32,000 nt of DNA. Origin: Coprobacillaceae bacterium (lineage in GTDB: Bacteria; Bacillota_I; Bacilli_A; Erysipelotrichales; Coprobacillaceae). The DNA lies in NCBI GenBank assembly GCA_963675515.1, contig OY776328.1, forward strand, positions 2,820,001 through 2,852,000, in the 5' to 3' direction. Position 1 is the first letter of the stretch, and each line of letters begins with the position of its first letter. Below the pieces are notes generated by a model, which worked only from the letters and a program-made list of their open reading frames with translations, had not been told where the DNA came from and searched no databases. Shown here piece after piece: positions 9,786 through 20,875 of the stretch. A program made the position numbers and the translations under genes.

Positions 9786-10591
9786 ATCTGGTCGACCAAC
9801 TCCTTTTCATCGATTGTCTTGTCTATTTTGTAACCGGCCTTTTTAAGTTCGCTTGACACTTTCAAGGCAAAAGGCACATCCAGGCGCATCGCCTCCATGA
9901 ATTCCTGATCGAGGAAAACTTCCTCGGGCCGGCCTTGTCTTTGCACGACACCGTCATTGACGATGATGACCCGGGTCGCCTCTTTGGCAGCCTCGATGTC
10001 ATGGGTTATCGAGATGACCGTGATGTTCTTGTCCTTGGATATCTTGTTGATCGACCGGTTGATCTGCCCTCTTCCTTGCGGATCCAGCATACTTGTCGCT
10101 TCATCAAGGATTATGATATTCGGTTCCATCGCCAGACAGCCGGCAATGGCCACCCGCTGCTTCTGCCCACCCGAGAGTTTGGTCGGCTCATGGTCGAGGA
10201 ACTTCTCCATATGAACCTTGCGGGCATTGGACACAATGATTTCGTCCATCTTTTCCTGGGGAACGCAGATGTTCTCCAGGCCAAAGGCGATGTCGTCGCG
10301 GACCGTCGAACCGATAAACTGGTTGTCGGGATTCTGGAAGACCATTCCGATGTTTTTGCGGACCTCATAGAGATTCTGGATATTGAGTTCCAGGTTGTTG
10401 ACGATGATCTGGCCCTTTTGCGCCTCAATCAGGCCCAGAAGCAATTTAGCGATTGTGCTTTTGCCGCTGCCATTGGGGCCAAGAATGGCGACATTTTCCC
10501 CTTTTTTAATCGAAAGGTTCAAACCCTTCAATACCGGATTGCCTTCGGCATAGCTAAAATGCAGATCCTTTATTTCGATAATATTGTTCAT
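9761..10591 (-). CDS. ecfA1: ECF transporter ATPase EcfA1
   Basis: Walker A GPNGSGKST, signature LSGGQKQRVAIA, Walker B IIILDEATSMLD. The start MNNIIEIK at 10591 is chosen for GGAGG 6 nt upstream. Confidence 0.93.
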   Translation of the reverse strand: MNNIIEIKDLHFSYAEGNPVLKGLNLSIKKGENVAILGPNGSGKSTIAKLLLGLIEAQKGQIIVNNLELNIQNLYEVRKNIGMVFQNPDNQFIGSTVRDDIAFGLENICVPQEKMDEIIVSNARKVHMEKFLDHEPTKLSGGQKQRVAIAGCLAMEPNIIILDEATSMLDPQGRGQINRSINKISKDKNITVISITHDIEAAKEATRVIIVNDGVVQRQGRPEEVFLDQEFMEAMRLDVPFALKVSSELKKAGYKIDKTIDEKELVDQICQLNLKK

Positions 10592-10612
10592 TGCCGGCCT
10601 CCAATTCAATTT

Positions 10613-10641
10613 ATTTTATGAAATAAACACGATGTTGTCAA
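10613..10641 (-). promoter_or_regulatory. Sigma-70-type promoter of the ecfA1-ecfA2-ecfT-truA operon
   Basis: Minus strand: TTGACA (10641-10636), exactly 17 nt, TAAAAT (10618-10613). It lies between the rplQ terminator and ecfA1. Confidence 0.7.
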
Positions 10642-10650
10642 CTGATTAAC

Positions 10651-10680
10651 TAAAAAAGCGGGCTAGGCCCGCTAAAAAAA
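10651..10680 (-). terminator. Rho-independent terminator ending the alpha operon (after rplQ)
   Basis: Stem GCGGGC (10658-10663) / GCCCGC (10667-10672), 3-nt loop, flanked by A6 and A7 runs so it is symmetric in both directions. Confidence 0.85.
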
Positions 10681-11046
10681 TTATTTCGTCAATTGCAATA
10701 AAGCCATTGGGGCATTATCACCTTTACGGTTGTCTAATTTGTAAATACGTGTGTATCCACCGTTAACACCTTCAAATTTAGGTGCTACTTCGTCAAATAA
10801 GATTTGAACAGCGTTCTTTCCAGTTTCCGGATTAGATACTTTATGCATTTCTGCAGCTGCCTGTCTTCTTGCGTGTAAATCTCCACGTTTTCCCAAAGTG
10901 ATTAACTCTTCAACAACTGAACGTACTTCTTTTGCGCGAGTTTCTGTAGTACGGATTTGACCGTTAACGATCACTTCAGTTGCCAATGAACGTAACATTG
11001 ATTTACGGATATCAGATGTGCGTCCTAATTTTCTATTTTTAGCCAT
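10681..11046 (-). CDS. rplQ: 50S ribosomal protein L17
   Basis: [24 protein letters not shown]... is a bL17 family match, in the position after rpoA. Confidence 0.98.
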   Translation of the reverse strand: MAKNRKLGRTSDIRKSMLRSLATEVIVNGQIRTTETRAKEVRSVVEELITLGKRGDLHARRQAAAEMHKVSNPETGKNAVQILFDEVAPKFEGVNGGYTRIYKLDNRKGDNAPMALLQLTK

Positions 11047-11070
11047 GGTAGCGCTCCTTCCTTAAAAATG

Positions 11071-12015
11071 TTAGTCGACAGGTCTAAAACCTAGACCAAG
11101 TTCGCTTAACTTTTCTTTTACTTCTTTTAATGATTTCTTACCTAAGTTACGTACTTTGATCATCTCGTCTTCAGATTTAGCAGCTAAATCTTGGACAGTC
11201 TGAATTCCAGCACGTTTTAAGCAGTTATATGAACGAACTGATAAATCAAGTTCTTCAATCGTCATATCTAACACTTTATCAGTAGTATCTTCTTCAACTT
11301 CAGACATAACTTCCATATTTTTAGCTATGTCAGTCATTTCGACAAACATGTTTAAGTGTTCAACTAATATTTTAGAGGCAATTGAAATTGCTTCGTAAGG
11401 TTTTAATGAACCGTTTGTTTCAACTTCCAAAGTCAATAAATCATATTTAGCTGATTCACCAACACGAGTTGGTTCCACACTATAAGATACTTTTTCAACT
11501 GGAGTAAAGATCGAGTCGGTTGGAATGATTCCGATAGTTTTGATCTCTTTCTTGTTTTGATCAGCACTGTTGTAACCGCGATCCTTACGCGCGTAAAGTT
11601 CCATATAGAGGTGTCCACCCTCAGCGACATTGGCGATTTCCAAATCTTCAGAAATGATTCGAACGTCAGAAGGACATTGAATATCTTTACCAGTTACTCT
11701 TGCAGGACCTGCAACATCGATGATCATTGTTACATTCTCATCGCTGTCAATGTTGAACACTAATTTCTTTAAATTAAGAATAATAGCAGTAACATCTTCA
11801 ACGATTCCATCCACTGCCGAAAATTCATGGATCGCTCCTTGAATTTTGACCGCGTAGACAGCCGATCCCGGTAGAGAAGATAATAACACTCTTCTTAGGG
11901 CATTTCCTAAAGTAGTTCCAAACCCTCTTTCCAATGGCTCAATCACAAATTTGCCATAGTTGTCAGATTCATCTAAATTACGAATATTAATGTTTGCTTT
12001 TTCAAATTTATGCAT
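11071..12015 (-). CDS. rpoA: DNA-directed RNA polymerase alpha subunit
   Basis: The 314-aa ORF has [28 protein letters not shown] and a C-terminal domain [19 protein letters not shown]. Confidence 0.98.
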   Translation of the reverse strand: MHKFEKANINIRNLDESDNYGKFVIEPLERGFGTTLGNALRRVLLSSLPGSAVYAVKIQGAIHEFSAVDGIVEDVTAIILNLKKLVFNIDSDENVTMIIDVAGPARVTGKDIQCPSDVRIISEDLEIANVAEGGHLYMELYARKDRGYNSADQNKKEIKTIGIIPTDSIFTPVEKVSYSVEPTRVGESAKYDLLTLEVETNGSLKPYEAISIASKILVEHLNMFVEMTDIAKNMEVMSEVEEDTTDKVLDMTIEELDLSVRSYNCLKRAGIQTVQDLAAKSEDEMIKVRNLGKKSLKEVKEKLSELGLGFRPVD

Positions 12016-12045
12016 GTCTGCCTCCTCTACTAGTAAAAATATTTA

Positions 12046-12438
12046 TTATCCACGAGGGCGTTTTGGTGGACGGCAACCGTTATGTGGGATAGGTGTCACG
12101 TCAGTGATTGCCGAAACTTCCAATCCCGCAGCTTGTAATGCACGAACCGCAGATTCACGTCCTGGTCCAGGACCTTTTACGTTAACTTCAACAGATTTCA
12201 TTCCGTTGTCCATTGCAGCTTTTGCAGCAGCTTGAGAAGCTTCTTGAGCAGCATATGGAGTAGATTTACGAGAACCTTTGAATCCTAACGCACCTGCAGA
12301 TGACCAAGAAACAACATTCCCGTGTTCATCTGAGATAGTTACGATTGTATTGTTGAATGTTGAATGGATGTGAGCTACACCCTTAGCTATATTTTTCTTT
12401 GCACGTTTTTTACCACGTACTTGTCTTGCTTTTGCCAT
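12046..12438 (-). CDS. rpsK: 30S ribosomal protein S11
   Basis: [18 protein letters not shown]...[14 protein letters not shown] is a uS11 match. Confidence 0.98.
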   Translation of the reverse strand: MAKARQVRGKKRAKKNIAKGVAHIHSTFNNTIVTISDEHGNVVSWSSAGALGFKGSRKSTPYAAQEASQAAAKAAMDNGMKSVEVNVKGPGPGRESAVRALQAAGLEVSAITDVTPIPHNGCRPPKRPRG

Positions 12439-12457
12439 TTATCCAATCCTCCTTAAA

Positions 12458-12823
12458 TTATTTTTTCTTTCCTGCGATTGGACGTGCTTTTCCTTTGCGA
12501 GTACGAGCATTTGTTTTTGTTTTTTGTCCACGAACAGGTAATCCTTTACGATGACGGATACCACGATAAGAACCGATTTCCATTAAACGTTTGATGTTCA
12601 AAGCCACTTCACGACGAAGGTCACCTTCAACTTTAACTGATTCGATTTCTTTTCTGATTAAATTGACTTGATCTTCAGTCAAATCTTTTACACGAGTATT
12701 TTCGTCGATTCCTACTGTTTCTAAGATTTTTTGAGAAGTAGGTTTCCCAATCCCATAAATATATGTTAAAGATACAACAACACGCTTGTCACGTGGGATA
12801 TCTACACCTGCTATACGAGCCAT
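12458..12823 (-). CDS. rpsM: 30S ribosomal protein S13
   Basis: [26 protein letters not shown] is a uS13 match. Confidence 0.98.
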   Translation of the reverse strand: MARIAGVDIPRDKRVVVSLTYIYGIGKPTSQKILETVGIDENTRVKDLTEDQVNLIRKEIESVKVEGDLRREVALNIKRLMEIGSYRGIRHRKGLPVRGQKTKTNARTRKGKARPIAGKKK

Positions 12824-12835
12824 ATTTTCCTCCTA

Positions 12836-12949
12836 TTAACCTTGTCTTTGTTTATGTTTAGGGTTTTCGCAAATAATCATTACGCGCCCTTTTCTTCTAA
12901 TTACTCTGCATTTATCACACATTGGTTTTACAGATGGTCTTACTTTCAT
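12836..12949 (-). CDS. rpmJ: 50S ribosomal protein L36 (not in the ORF track, below its length cutoff)
   Basis: Manual translation of the minus strand gives [37 protein letters not shown] (37 aa, C-x2-C...C...H zinc form). SD GGAGGAAG is upstream. It sits in the canonical infA-rpmJ-rpsM slot. Confidence 0.95.
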   Translation of the reverse strand: MKVRPSVKPMCDKCRVIRRKGRVMIICENPKHKQRQG

Positions 12950-12970
12950 CTTGCTTCCTCCTAGTACTTA

Positions 12971-13192
12971 CTATTTATGTCTAAATGTAATTCGCCCACG
13001 TGTTAAGTCGTATGGAGATATTTCAACGGTAACTCTATCCCCCGGTAAAATGCGAATGTAGTGCATACGGATTTTACCAGAAACGTGAGCAAGAATTTCC
13101 ACTCCATTTTCTAATGCAACCTTAAACATTGCATTTGGCAATGTTTCAAGCACGGTTGCTTCTACTTCGATTACGTCATCTTTTTTTGCCAT
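12971..13192 (-). CDS. infA: Translation initiation factor IF-1
   Basis: [25 protein letters not shown]...[16 protein letters not shown] is an IF-1 S1-like fold match. Confidence 0.98.
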   Translation of the reverse strand: MAKKDDVIEVEATVLETLPNAMFKVALENGVEILAHVSGKIRMHYIRILPGDRVTVEISPYDLTRGRITFRHK

Positions 13193-13204
13193 ATTAACTC
13201 CTTA

Positions 13205-13951
13205 CTAAAGTTTTGTTGTTATTTCATATCCATCATCAGTTATTATTACAGTGTGTTCAAAGTGAGCTGCGAGTGAGCGGTCTCTTGTCACAACTGTCCA
13301 CCCATCTTGCAAGGTTTGAGTTTCCTTCGCCCCTAAATGAGCCATGGGTTCGATGGCCAAAGCCATTCCCTTTTTTAACCGTGGACCACGTCCTGGATTC
13401 CCGAAATTAGGAACTGCGGGATCTTCATGGACTGTGCTTCCAATCCCGTGACCGGTATAGTCACGAGGCGTCGAGCAGCCATTACTTTCCAGATACGTCT
13501 GAATTGCATAAGAAATGTCAGAAACGCGGTTGCCGGGTTTAATCTGTTCAAGCCCCACATACAGTGACTGTTCGCAAACTTCCATCAGCTGTTTGGCTTT
13601 TTCATCAATCGTCCCGACCGCGTAAGTCCAAGCGCTATCTCCATGATATCCATGAACACAGGCTCCAACATCCACCGAGATTATATCACCATTTTTTAAT
13701 ACTGTGTTATCAGGTATCCCGTGAACGACAACTTCGTTTATAGAAGTGCAGACGCTGGCCGGGAAACCATACAAATTCAAAAATGAAGGAGTTGCACCAT
13801 TAGCGTAGATGACTTCCTCGCAGATCTCATTGATTTGCTTGGTCGTCATTCCTGGCACAATTGTCATTGCTAGCTTCTGGTGAACTAACGCTACAACCCT
13901 TCCGGCTTCTTTCATCCAAACTATTTCTTGTGCATCTTTAGTAATGATCAT
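13205..13951 (-). CDS. map: Type I methionine aminopeptidase
   Basis: The 248-aa ORF has metal ligand contexts DIISVDVG, GYHGDSAWTY, GHGIG, EPM and FEHT. Confidence 0.97.
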   Translation of the reverse strand: MIITKDAQEIVWMKEAGRVVALVHQKLAMTIVPGMTTKQINEICEEVIYANGATPSFLNLYGFPASVCTSINEVVVHGIPDNTVLKNGDIISVDVGACVHGYHGDSAWTYAVGTIDEKAKQLMEVCEQSLYVGLEQIKPGNRVSDISYAIQTYLESNGCSTPRDYTGHGIGSTVHEDPAVPNFGNPGRGPRLKKGMALAIEPMAHLGAKETQTLQDGWTVVTRDRSLAAHFEHTVIITDDGYEITTKL

Positions 13952-14598
13952 TACAAAGCCTCCAACCGGGCTTTAATATCGCTAAAGACGTTTTCCATAG
14001 ATTGATCACCATTTATATTAGTAATATCGCCGGTCATTGTATAATAATCAACTAATGGGCGAGTTTGCTTGTTATAAGTTTCTAAACGAACTTTAACAGC
14101 CTCTTCACTTTCGTCAGCGCGCTGATATAATTCGCCACCACATTTATCACATACATTTAGAGTTTTTGGAGGATTGAATTCGATATGGTAAGTAGCTCCA
14201 CAATTGCGGCAAGTTCTTCTTCCTGAAAGACGAGTAGCCAGGATGTCCAAATCAACATCCAGGTTCAGTACTGCATCGATCTTGAATCCGAATTCTTTGC
14301 CGATTGATTCCAGCTCACGAGCTTGAATAATAGTTCTTGGGAAGCCGTCAAGAATGAACCCATTAGGGAATTCATGCTCTCTCAGGTATTCTCTTACCAT
14401 CCCAATTGTGTAGTCATCAGGGACTAAATAACCAAACTGGATGAAGTATTTTGCAATAACTCCGTATTTGGTCTGTTCCTTTAAGGCTTTTCTGAAAATA
14501 TCCCCAGTAGAAATATGGGCTAACCCATACTCACTGACAAGTTTCGCTGCCTGTGTTCCCTTACCTGCACCAGGTGGGCCCATTAAAATAATATTCAT
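13951..14598 (-). CDS. adk: Adenylate kinase (zinc-lid type)
   Basis: MNIILMGPPGAGKGTQ P-loop, with a Cys4 lid CRNCGATYH...CDKCGG. Confidence 0.97.
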   Translation of the reverse strand: MNIILMGPPGAGKGTQAAKLVSEYGLAHISTGDIFRKALKEQTKYGVIAKYFIQFGYLVPDDYTIGMVREYLREHEFPNGFILDGFPRTIIQARELESIGKEFGFKIDAVLNLDVDLDILATRLSGRRTCRNCGATYHIEFNPPKTLNVCDKCGGELYQRADESEEAVKVRLETYNKQTRPLVDYYTMTGDITNINGDQSMENVFSDIKARLEAL

Positions 14599-14613
14599 TG
14601 ACGCCTCCTACAA

Positions 14614-15897
14614 CTATTTTCGAATATATCCGTGATACTCTTTACGAGTGACTTGTGTCTTTATTTGTCTGATTGTTTCTAATGCGACCGAGGTCACGAT
14701 AATCAACCCCGTTCCCCCAAGGGAAACTTGCGCGTTAGATGTCTGCTCCCAAATCACAGGAGTAATAACCGGAATGGCGGCAATAATTATCAAAAATAAA
14801 GCCCCAACTACAGTTACTTGGTTGATTACTCGATATAAATACCAACGTGTCTCATCACCGGTGCGCACACCAGGAATCGACCCTCCATTTTTGCGCAGAT
14901 CCTTGCTTATCTTCTCAGAATCTATTTGCAGGTTGCTGTAGAAGAAAGTGAAGAACGCAATCATCGCGATGTATAGAACAAACCCGACTGGTTTTTGGTA
15001 GTTACATATAGTATCGATTATCTCCGTAACATTGTTAGACTCCATGAACGAAATAACCGTTCTTGGTGCAGCCATCACTGATGCGGCGAAGATTACTGGG
15101 ATTACCCCAGAACTATTTATCTTGATAGGCATATGCGTTTGTTCCTTGGTCCGCATGATTGTGTTCGTGCTTGACGCATAAACGATTGGGATCTTTCTTT
15201 GTGAACCTTCATTGAAGACCACGAAGATAATGATCGCGATATAGACCACAACAAACAACAGATACCATAATAAATCCAGGGTAAAACTTGTTCCTTCAGT
15301 TACAATTGAATTAAATGTTGTAATGAAAGACGCTGGCAAGTTTGAGACGATTCCTGTGAAGATCAGCAGTGAAACGCCGTTGCCGATACCCTTATTGGTG
15401 ATTTGGTCACCTAACCATACGGCGAACATCGATCCCGCTGTCATGATAACGACAACGTAGATGTATGACATAATGCTTGAGTTTTCTAAAATCCCATAGC
15501 CTTTGTCGAACGCGTAGGTAAGGACCCCTCCTTGAAGTAAAGATAAAGCCAGTGTCACATAACGTGTCACCTGGTCTTTCTTCTTTTTCCCTGTATTTCC
15601 CTCTTTCGACCATTGGGTCAGTGTCGGGATAACATCCATCGATAATAATTCAATGATTATCGATGAAGTGATATAAGGTGAGACTCCTAATGCAAATATT
15701 GAAAATCTTTCTAAGGTTCCCCCACCAATCAGATTCATGATCCCGAAGATTCCTTCGGTTGAATCGATTGCGCCGATATTTACCGTAGGAATAGTAATTG
15801 CCGCTCCAAGACGGAAGACAAATAAAATTCCTAAAGTAAAAATTATCTTTCGACGAAGGTCACCTTTTGCGAAAACACTTTTCAAAAAAGTTCGCAT
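14614..15897 (-). CDS. secY: Preprotein translocase subunit SecY
   Basis: The 427-aa polytopic protein has LGVSPYITSSIIIELL and sits in the conserved position between rplO and adk. Confidence 0.97.
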   Translation of the reverse strand: MRTFLKSVFAKGDLRRKIIFTLGILFVFRLGAAITIPTVNIGAIDSTEGIFGIMNLIGGGTLERFSIFALGVSPYITSSIIIELLSMDVIPTLTQWSKEGNTGKKKKDQVTRYVTLALSLLQGGVLTYAFDKGYGILENSSIMSYIYVVVIMTAGSMFAVWLGDQITNKGIGNGVSLLIFTGIVSNLPASFITTFNSIVTEGTSFTLDLLWYLLFVVVYIAIIIFVVFNEGSQRKIPIVYASSTNTIMRTKEQTHMPIKINSSGVIPVIFAASVMAAPRTVISFMESNNVTEIIDTICNYQKPVGFVLYIAMIAFFTFFYSNLQIDSEKISKDLRKNGGSIPGVRTGDETRWYLYRVINQVTVVGALFLIIIAAIPVITPVIWEQTSNAQVSLGGTGLIIVTSVALETIRQIKTQVTRKEYHGYIRK

Positions 15898-15898
15898 T

Positions 15899-16339
15899 TT
15901 AGATCACCTCGGTTTTACCACCAGCAGCTTCGATTGCAGCGATCGCTGATTTAGAGAATTTGTTTGCTTGAACTGTTAAAGCTTTTTCTAACTCACCGTT
16001 ACCTAAGATTTTAACACCAGCCAATTCTTTCTTAACCAATCCTGCTTCTTTTAAAGTTTCAATAGTAACAACACTGTTTGCATCGAATTTGTTTAAAGAT
16101 TCAACATTAACGATTGCATATTCTTTACGGTTGACGTTAGTGAATCCACGTTTTGGGATACGCATGAATAAAGGTGTTTGTCCCCCTTCGAATCCAGGTT
16201 TTTTCAAACCACCTGAACGAGAAGATTGTCCTTTTTGTCCTTTACCGGCAGTTTTACCAGTACCAGAACTAGTTCCGCGACCAATACGTTTTCTAGCTTT
16301 ACGAGAACCTTCAGTGTATTGTAATTCATGTAATTTCAT
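15899..16339 (-). CDS. rplO: 50S ribosomal protein L15
   Basis: [34 protein letters not shown] is a uL15 match. Confidence 0.98.
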   Translation of the reverse strand: MKLHELQYTEGSRKARKRIGRGTSSGTGKTAGKGQKGQSSRSGGLKKPGFEGGQTPLFMRIPKRGFTNVNRKEYAIVNVESLNKFDANSVVTIETLKEAGLVKKELAGVKILGNGELEKALTVQANKFSKSAIAAIEAAGGKTEVI

Positions 16340-16350
16340 CAGTACACCTC

Positions 16351-16533
16351 CTAATTTTCTTCAACTTTTACAAGGTGTTTAACAACATTGATCATACCTT
16401 GAGTATAAACATTGTTTTGTTTAACAACTGTTTTGTTTAATTTAGTTAATCCTAACGCTTGAAGAGTTGCCCTTTTTTTAGGTTTTTGACCAATCGGACT
16501 TTTAACAAGCGTGATACTTAATTTTTCTGCCAT
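16351..16533 (-). CDS. rpmD: 50S ribosomal protein L30
   Basis: [29 protein letters not shown] is a uL30 match. Confidence 0.97.
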   Translation of the reverse strand: MAEKLSITLVKSPIGQKPKKRATLQALGLTKLNKTVVKQNNVYTQGMINVVKHLVKVEEN

Positions 16534-16545
16534 TAATATGTCCTC

Positions 16546-17103
16546 CTAACCGTAAATCTCTTGAACAGTTTTGTCTCTTAAGCTAGCAACTTCTTCAACT
16601 GTTTTTAATGAGCTTAAACCTTCAACAGTAGCTCTAACCATGTTGATTGGAGTTCTTGATCCTAATGATTTAGATAAGATATCTGTGTAACCTGCCAATT
16701 CGACAACCGCACGAACAGGTCCCCCAGCGATGATTCCAGTACCGGCAGAAGCAGGTTTCAAGAATACATTCCCTGATTTGAACTGACCATTGATTTCATG
16801 AGTGATTGTTCCCTTAACCATTGGTACAGTGATCAAGTTGCGTTTTGCGTTTTCAATTGCTTTACGGATTGCATCAGGTACTTCGTTAGCTTTACCAGTT
16901 CCAAAACCAACTCGTCCTTTTTTATCACCGATAACTACCAACGCCGCAAATCTCATTTTACGACCACCTTTTACTACTTTGGTGATACGGTTAATAGTTA
17001 CTACACGTTCTTCAAATTCTTTTTCTTCTCTTCTAGGTCTATTTCTTGAATTTTTGCGAGTTCTTCTAGGACCACTAGACTCTCTTGGCTTACGTTCTTC
17101 CAT
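16546..17103 (-). CDS. rpsE: 30S ribosomal protein S5 (with Arg/Lys-rich N-terminal extension)
   Basis: [27 protein letters not shown]...[13 protein letters not shown] is a uS5 match. Confidence 0.98.
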   Translation of the reverse strand: MEERKPRESSGPRRTRKNSRNRPRREEKEFEERVVTINRITKVVKGGRKMRFAALVVIGDKKGRVGFGTGKANEVPDAIRKAIENAKRNLITVPMVKGTITHEINGQFKSGNVFLKPASAGTGIIAGGPVRAVVELAGYTDILSKSLGSRTPINMVRATVEGLSSLKTVEEVASLRDKTVQEIYG

Positions 17104-17115
17104 AGTTGACCTCCT

Positions 17116-17472
17116 TTAGAATTTTAATCCAGCTTCTCTAGCAGCTTCTGCTAAAGCTTTAACACGACCATGATAAACATATCCTCCACGGTCAAATACT
17201 ACATTTTCAACACCAGCGGCTTTAGCACGTTCTGCGATTGCAGTACCTACTTGAGATGCAGCTTGGATGTTGCTACCATTTTCTAATTTCATATCAACGC
17301 TAGATGCGCTAGCTAAAGTCACACCGTTAACATCATCGATGATTTGGGCATGGATATGAGCGTTAGAACGGAACACGTTTAAACGTGGGCATGAAGCTGT
17401 TCCAGATATTTTTCTACGAATACGGGCATGTCTTTTAAGACGGTTTCCGTTACGTGATAATTTTTTTGCCAT
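17116..17472 (-). CDS. rplR: 50S ribosomal protein L18
   Basis: [37 protein letters not shown] is a uL18 match. Confidence 0.98.
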   Translation of the reverse strand: MAKKLSRNGNRLKRHARIRRKISGTASCPRLNVFRSNAHIHAQIIDDVNGVTLASASSVDMKLENGSNIQAASQVGTAIAERAKAAGVENVVFDRGGYVYHGRVKALAEAAREAGLKF

Positions 17473-17498
17473 TATGTAAGCTCCTTTCCTTTAGCTAA

Positions 17499-18044
17499 CT
17501 ACTTCTTACCAGCAGTTTTTCCTTCTTTTCTGATGATCTTTTCATCAACGTAGCGAATCCCTTTACCTTTGTAAGGTTCAGGTTTACGGTAAGATCTAAT
17601 AACCGCTGCAACTTGTCCAACGCGTTCTTTAGAAATTCCTGATACGATGATTTTTGTGTTTGTTGGGGTTTCTACAGTAATTCCTTCTTCAACTACCATC
17701 TCAATTGGATGAGAGTAACCTAAAGCAAGGTTCAATGCATTGCCCTTCATTTGAGCACGGTACCCGATCCCTACGATTTCAAGTTCTTTTTTGAAGCCTT
17801 CGCTACATCCTTGAATCATATTCGCAAGTAAAGCTCTAGTTGTTCCGTGCAATTGTTTTACACGTTTGATTTCACTGCTTCTTTTAACAGTGATTACACC
17901 ATCTTCGATTTCCATTGAAATAGATGGATCAAATTGTCTAGTTAATGTTCCTTTAGGTCCTTTAACAGTTACTTCGTTATTTGCAGCAACTTCTACAGTG
18001 ACACCTTCAGGAATGTTAATAATTTTATTACCGATACGAGACAT
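17499..18044 (-). CDS. rplF: 50S ribosomal protein L6
   Basis: MSRIGNKIINIPEGVTVEV...LEIVGIGYRA is a uL6 match. Confidence 0.98.
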   Translation of the reverse strand: MSRIGNKIINIPEGVTVEVAANNEVTVKGPKGTLTRQFDPSISMEIEDGVITVKRSSEIKRVKQLHGTTRALLANMIQGCSEGFKKELEIVGIGYRAQMKGNALNLALGYSHPIEMVVEEGITVETPTNTKIIVSGISKERVGQVAAVIRSYRKPEPYKGKGIRYVDEKIIRKEGKTAGKK

Positions 18045-18064
18045 CGTTTAACCTCCTGTTTTCC

Positions 18065-18460
18065 TTACCAAATATATGCAAGGACTTCTCCACCAACTTG
18101 TTTAGCGCGTGCTTCTTTGTCAGTGATAACCCCTTGTGAAGTTGATACAACAACGATTCCTAAACCGTTCAATACTTTAGGAATTTCATTTACTTTAGCA
18201 TAAACACGTAATCCTGGTTTAGAAATACGTTTTAAGTCAGTAATTACTCTTTCATTTCCTCTGTATTTTAAAGCAATATTGATATTTTTAGAGGCACCTT
18301 CGCCCTCAACTTTAAAACCTTTTACGAACCCTTCATTAACTAAAATTTGAGCGATTTCTTCTTTAATTTTAGAGTAAGGAATAGCCACATCATCATGACG
18401 TTGTCTATTCGCATTACGGATTCTTGTTAGCATATCTGCAATTGGATCTGTCATTACCAT
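18065..18460 (-). CDS. rpsH: 30S ribosomal protein S8
   Basis: [17 protein letters not shown] is a uS8 match. Confidence 0.98.
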   Translation of the reverse strand: MVMTDPIADMLTRIRNANRQRHDDVAIPYSKIKEEIAQILVNEGFVKGFKVEGEGASKNINIALKYRGNERVITDLKRISKPGLRVYAKVNEIPKVLNGLGIVVVSTSQGVITDKEARAKQVGGEVLAYIW

Positions 18461-18496
18461 TGCTTAAATCCTCCTTCCACGAATTCTTTCTAATTT

Positions 18497-18682
18497 TTAC
18501 CAGCTTGCTTTTTTAACGCCTGGAATTTCACCTTTGTACGCTAGCTCGCGGAAACAAATACGACAAAGTTTAAATTTACTGATTACCGAGTGTGGTCTAC
18601 CACAACGTTCGCAACGTGTATACTCACGTACTTTGTATTTTTGAGGACGTTGTTGTTTAACCTTCATTGATGTTTTAGCCAT
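18497..18682 (-). CDS. rpsZ: 30S ribosomal protein S14, type Z (zinc-binding, 61 aa)
   Basis: [41 protein letters not shown] carries the CxxC...CxxC motif. Confidence 0.98.
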   Translation of the reverse strand: MAKTSMKVKQQRPQKYKVREYTRCERCGRPHSVISKFKLCRICFRELAYKGEIPGVKKASW

Positions 18683-18699
18683 TGATTGTACAACCTCCG

Positions 18700-19239
18700 T
18701 TATTTTTGGAATGGCATTCCTAATTGAGCCAATAATTCGCGACCTTCGTCGTCATTTTCAGCTGTAGTTACGAATACGATATCCATCCCTCTGATTTTAT
18801 TTACTTTATCAAAGTCAATTTCTGGGAAGATTAATTGTTCTTTGATACCTAATGTATAGTTACCTCTACCATCAAATGCGTTTCTAGATACACCTCTGAA
18901 GTCTCTTACACGTGGTAAAGAAACACTCACCAATTTATCCAAGAATTCATACATTTTATCGGCACGCAAAGTTACTTTACACCCGATAGGTGCACCTTCA
19001 CGTAATTTGAAACCTGCAATTGATTTTTTTGCTTTTGTGATTACTGGTTTTTGTCCAGTGATTAATGTTAATTCAGCCACAGCGTCTTCTAATAATTTAG
19101 AATTATTTACCGCATCTCCAACACCAACGTTTAAAACGATTTTTTCAAGTTTTGGTGCTTGCATTGTTGAAGAATAATTGAATTTTTCCATTAATGATTT
19201 GATTACTTCGTTATTATAACGTTCTTGTAAACGATTCAT
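18700..19239 (-). CDS. rplE: 50S ribosomal protein L5
   Basis: The start [12 protein letters not shown] at 19239 has GGAGGAG upstream. The longer ORF-track start would overlap rplX. The ORF is a uL5 match. Confidence 0.97.
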   Translation of the reverse strand: MNRLQERYNNEVIKSLMEKFNYSSTMQAPKLEKIVLNVGVGDAVNNSKLLEDAVAELTLITGQKPVITKAKKSIAGFKLREGAPIGCKVTLRADKMYEFLDKLVSVSLPRVRDFRGVSRNAFDGRGNYTLGIKEQLIFPEIDFDKVNKIRGMDIVFVTTAENDDEGRELLAQLGMPFQK

Positions 19240-19261
19240 TATAGCTCCTCCTTCCAACAAT

Positions 19262-19585
19262 CTAAATTTCTGTTCCTGTTGCTTTGTTAACACGAACTTT
19301 TACTTTTTTACCATCAGTTTCAGTCACTTTATAACCTAACTTAACTGGTTTTTTAGCCTTCTTATCGTAGTATGCTACATTAGAAACATGAATTGGAGCT
19401 TCTCTTGTAATAATACCACCTTCAGGGTCAGTTTGTGATGGTTTGACATGTTTAGTTACCATGTTCACACCTTCAACGATTACGCGATCTTCTTTAGCAA
19501 GAACTTGTAACACTTCACCTTGTTGACCTTTGTCTTTACCTGCGATTACTTCGACAGTATCACCTACGCGGATTTTCAATGTCAT
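19262..19585 (-). CDS. rplX: 50S ribosomal protein L24
   Basis: [22 protein letters not shown] is the KOW motif, a uL24 match. Confidence 0.98.
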   Translation of the reverse strand: MTLKIRVGDTVEVIAGKDKGQQGEVLQVLAKEDRVIVEGVNMVTKHVKPSQTDPEGGIITREAPIHVSNVAYYDKKAKKPVKLGYKVTETDGKKVKVRVNKATGTEI

Positions 19586-19594
19586 GTCCTCCTA

Positions 19595-19963
19595 TTATAA
19601 TACTTCTGGAGCCAAAGATACGATTTTCATGAAGTCAGCATCTCTCAACTCTCTTGCTACTGGTCCAAAGATACGAGTTCCTTTTGGAGACTTGTCATCT
19701 TTGATAATTACACAAGCATTGTCATCGAACTTGATGAAAGAACCGTTTTGACGTCCTACACCGTATTTAGTTCTTACGATAACAGCTTTTACTACATCAC
19801 CTTTTTTTACAGAACCACCAGGGATGGCTTGTTTTACTGTACAAACGATAATATCACCGATATTACTTGTTTTTCTATTTGAACCACCTAAATTGCGGAT
19901 TACTAATACTTCTTTGGCACCAGTATTGTCAGCTACTTTAAGTCTACTTTCATTTTGAATCAT
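19595..19963 (-). CDS. rplN: 50S ribosomal protein L14
   Basis: [22 protein letters not shown] is a uL14 match. Confidence 0.98.
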   Translation of the reverse strand: MIQNESRLKVADNTGAKEVLVIRNLGGSNRKTSNIGDIIVCTVKQAIPGGSVKKGDVVKAVIVRTKYGVGRQNGSFIKFDDNACVIIKDDKSPKGTRIFGPVARELRDADFMKIVSLAPEVL

Positions 19964-19990
19964 TTAGGCTACCTCCTTTTTCTAGAGTTC

Positions 19991-20251
19991 TTATACGATA
20001 TCTGCTTTTTTAACGATTTCCACTAAACGGAAACGTTTTGTTGCAGATAAAGGTCTTGTTTCCATGATTTTAACAGTATCACCGATGTTAGCAGTGTTGT
20101 TTTCATCATGAGCTTTGAATTTAGTTGAACGTTTAACACGTTTGCTGTAAAGTTTATGTTTTACGTGAGTTTCAACCAGCACTGTAATGGTTTTATCCAT
20201 TTTAGATGATACAACAGTTCCAGTATAAACTTTTCTTGCGTTTCTTTCCAT
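19991..20251 (-). CDS. rpsQ: 30S ribosomal protein S17
   Basis: [34 protein letters not shown] is a uS17 match. Confidence 0.98.
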   Translation of the reverse strand: MERNARKVYTGTVVSSKMDKTITVLVETHVKHKLYSKRVKRSTKFKAHDENNTANIGDTVKIMETRPLSATKRFRLVEIVKKADIV

Positions 20252-20265
20252 TTGTATCTCCCTAA

Positions 20266-20460
20266 TTAACCTTGAAGTTCTCTTTCTCTAATGATTGTTT
20301 TGATTCTTGCGATAGATTTACGAACTTCTTTAATACGTGCTGTATTTTCTAATTGCCCTGTAGCTTGTTGGAATCTCAAACCGAACAATTCAGTTTTGAA
20401 TTCTTCAACCTTAGCCATCAATTGAGCATTGTCTAACTCTTTGATTTCTTGTACTGTCAT
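20266..20460 (-). CDS. rpmC: 50S ribosomal protein L29
   Basis: [35 protein letters not shown] is a uL29 match. Confidence 0.97.
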   Translation of the reverse strand: MTVQEIKELDNAQLMAKVEEFKTELFGLRFQQATGQLENTARIKEVRKSIARIKTIIRERELQG

Positions 20461-20462
20461 AA

Positions 20463-20873
20463 TTATTCACCCTTTCCAATGATTTTACATTTAATAGGTA
20501 ATTTATGAGAGGCAAGTCTTAAAGCTTCTCTAGCAACTTCTTCGTCTACACCGGCTACTTCGAACATTACGCGGCCAGTCTTAACTACAGCTACCCATTC
20601 TTCTGGTGAACCTTTCCCAGATCCCATACGCACTTCTAAAGGTTTTTTAGTTTTAGCTAAGTGAGGGAAGATACGGATCCAAACTTTTCCGCCACGTTTC
20701 ATGTAACGGTTGATTGCGATACGGGCAGCTTCAATTTGACGTGAAGTGATCCAAGCACCTTCTTGAGCCGCTAATCCGAACTCACCGAATGATACTTTAG
20801 TTCCGCCTTTTGATTTACCTTCATATTTAATTCTATGTGGTCTTCTATATTTCGTTCTTTTAGGCATCAACAT
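20463..20873 (-). CDS. rplP: 50S ribosomal protein L16
   Basis: [14 protein letters not shown]... is a uL16 match. Confidence 0.98.
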   Translation of the reverse strand: MLMPKRTKYRRPHRIKYEGKSKGGTKVSFGEFGLAAQEGAWITSRQIEAARIAINRYMKRGGKVWIRIFPHLAKTKKPLEVRMGSGKGSPEEWVAVVKTGRVMFEVAGVDEEVAREALRLASHKLPIKCKIIGKGE

Positions 20874-20875
20874 AA

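Noticed and set aside
16802-17119. Long ORFs antisense to ribosomal and housekeeping genes (for example 16802-17119, 21521-21832, 23483-23770, 9935-10621, 1326-1898, 4245-5102)
   Set aside because: They lie entirely within, and opposite to, strongly supported conserved genes. They have no SD and no protein-like composition, so they are shadow ORFs.
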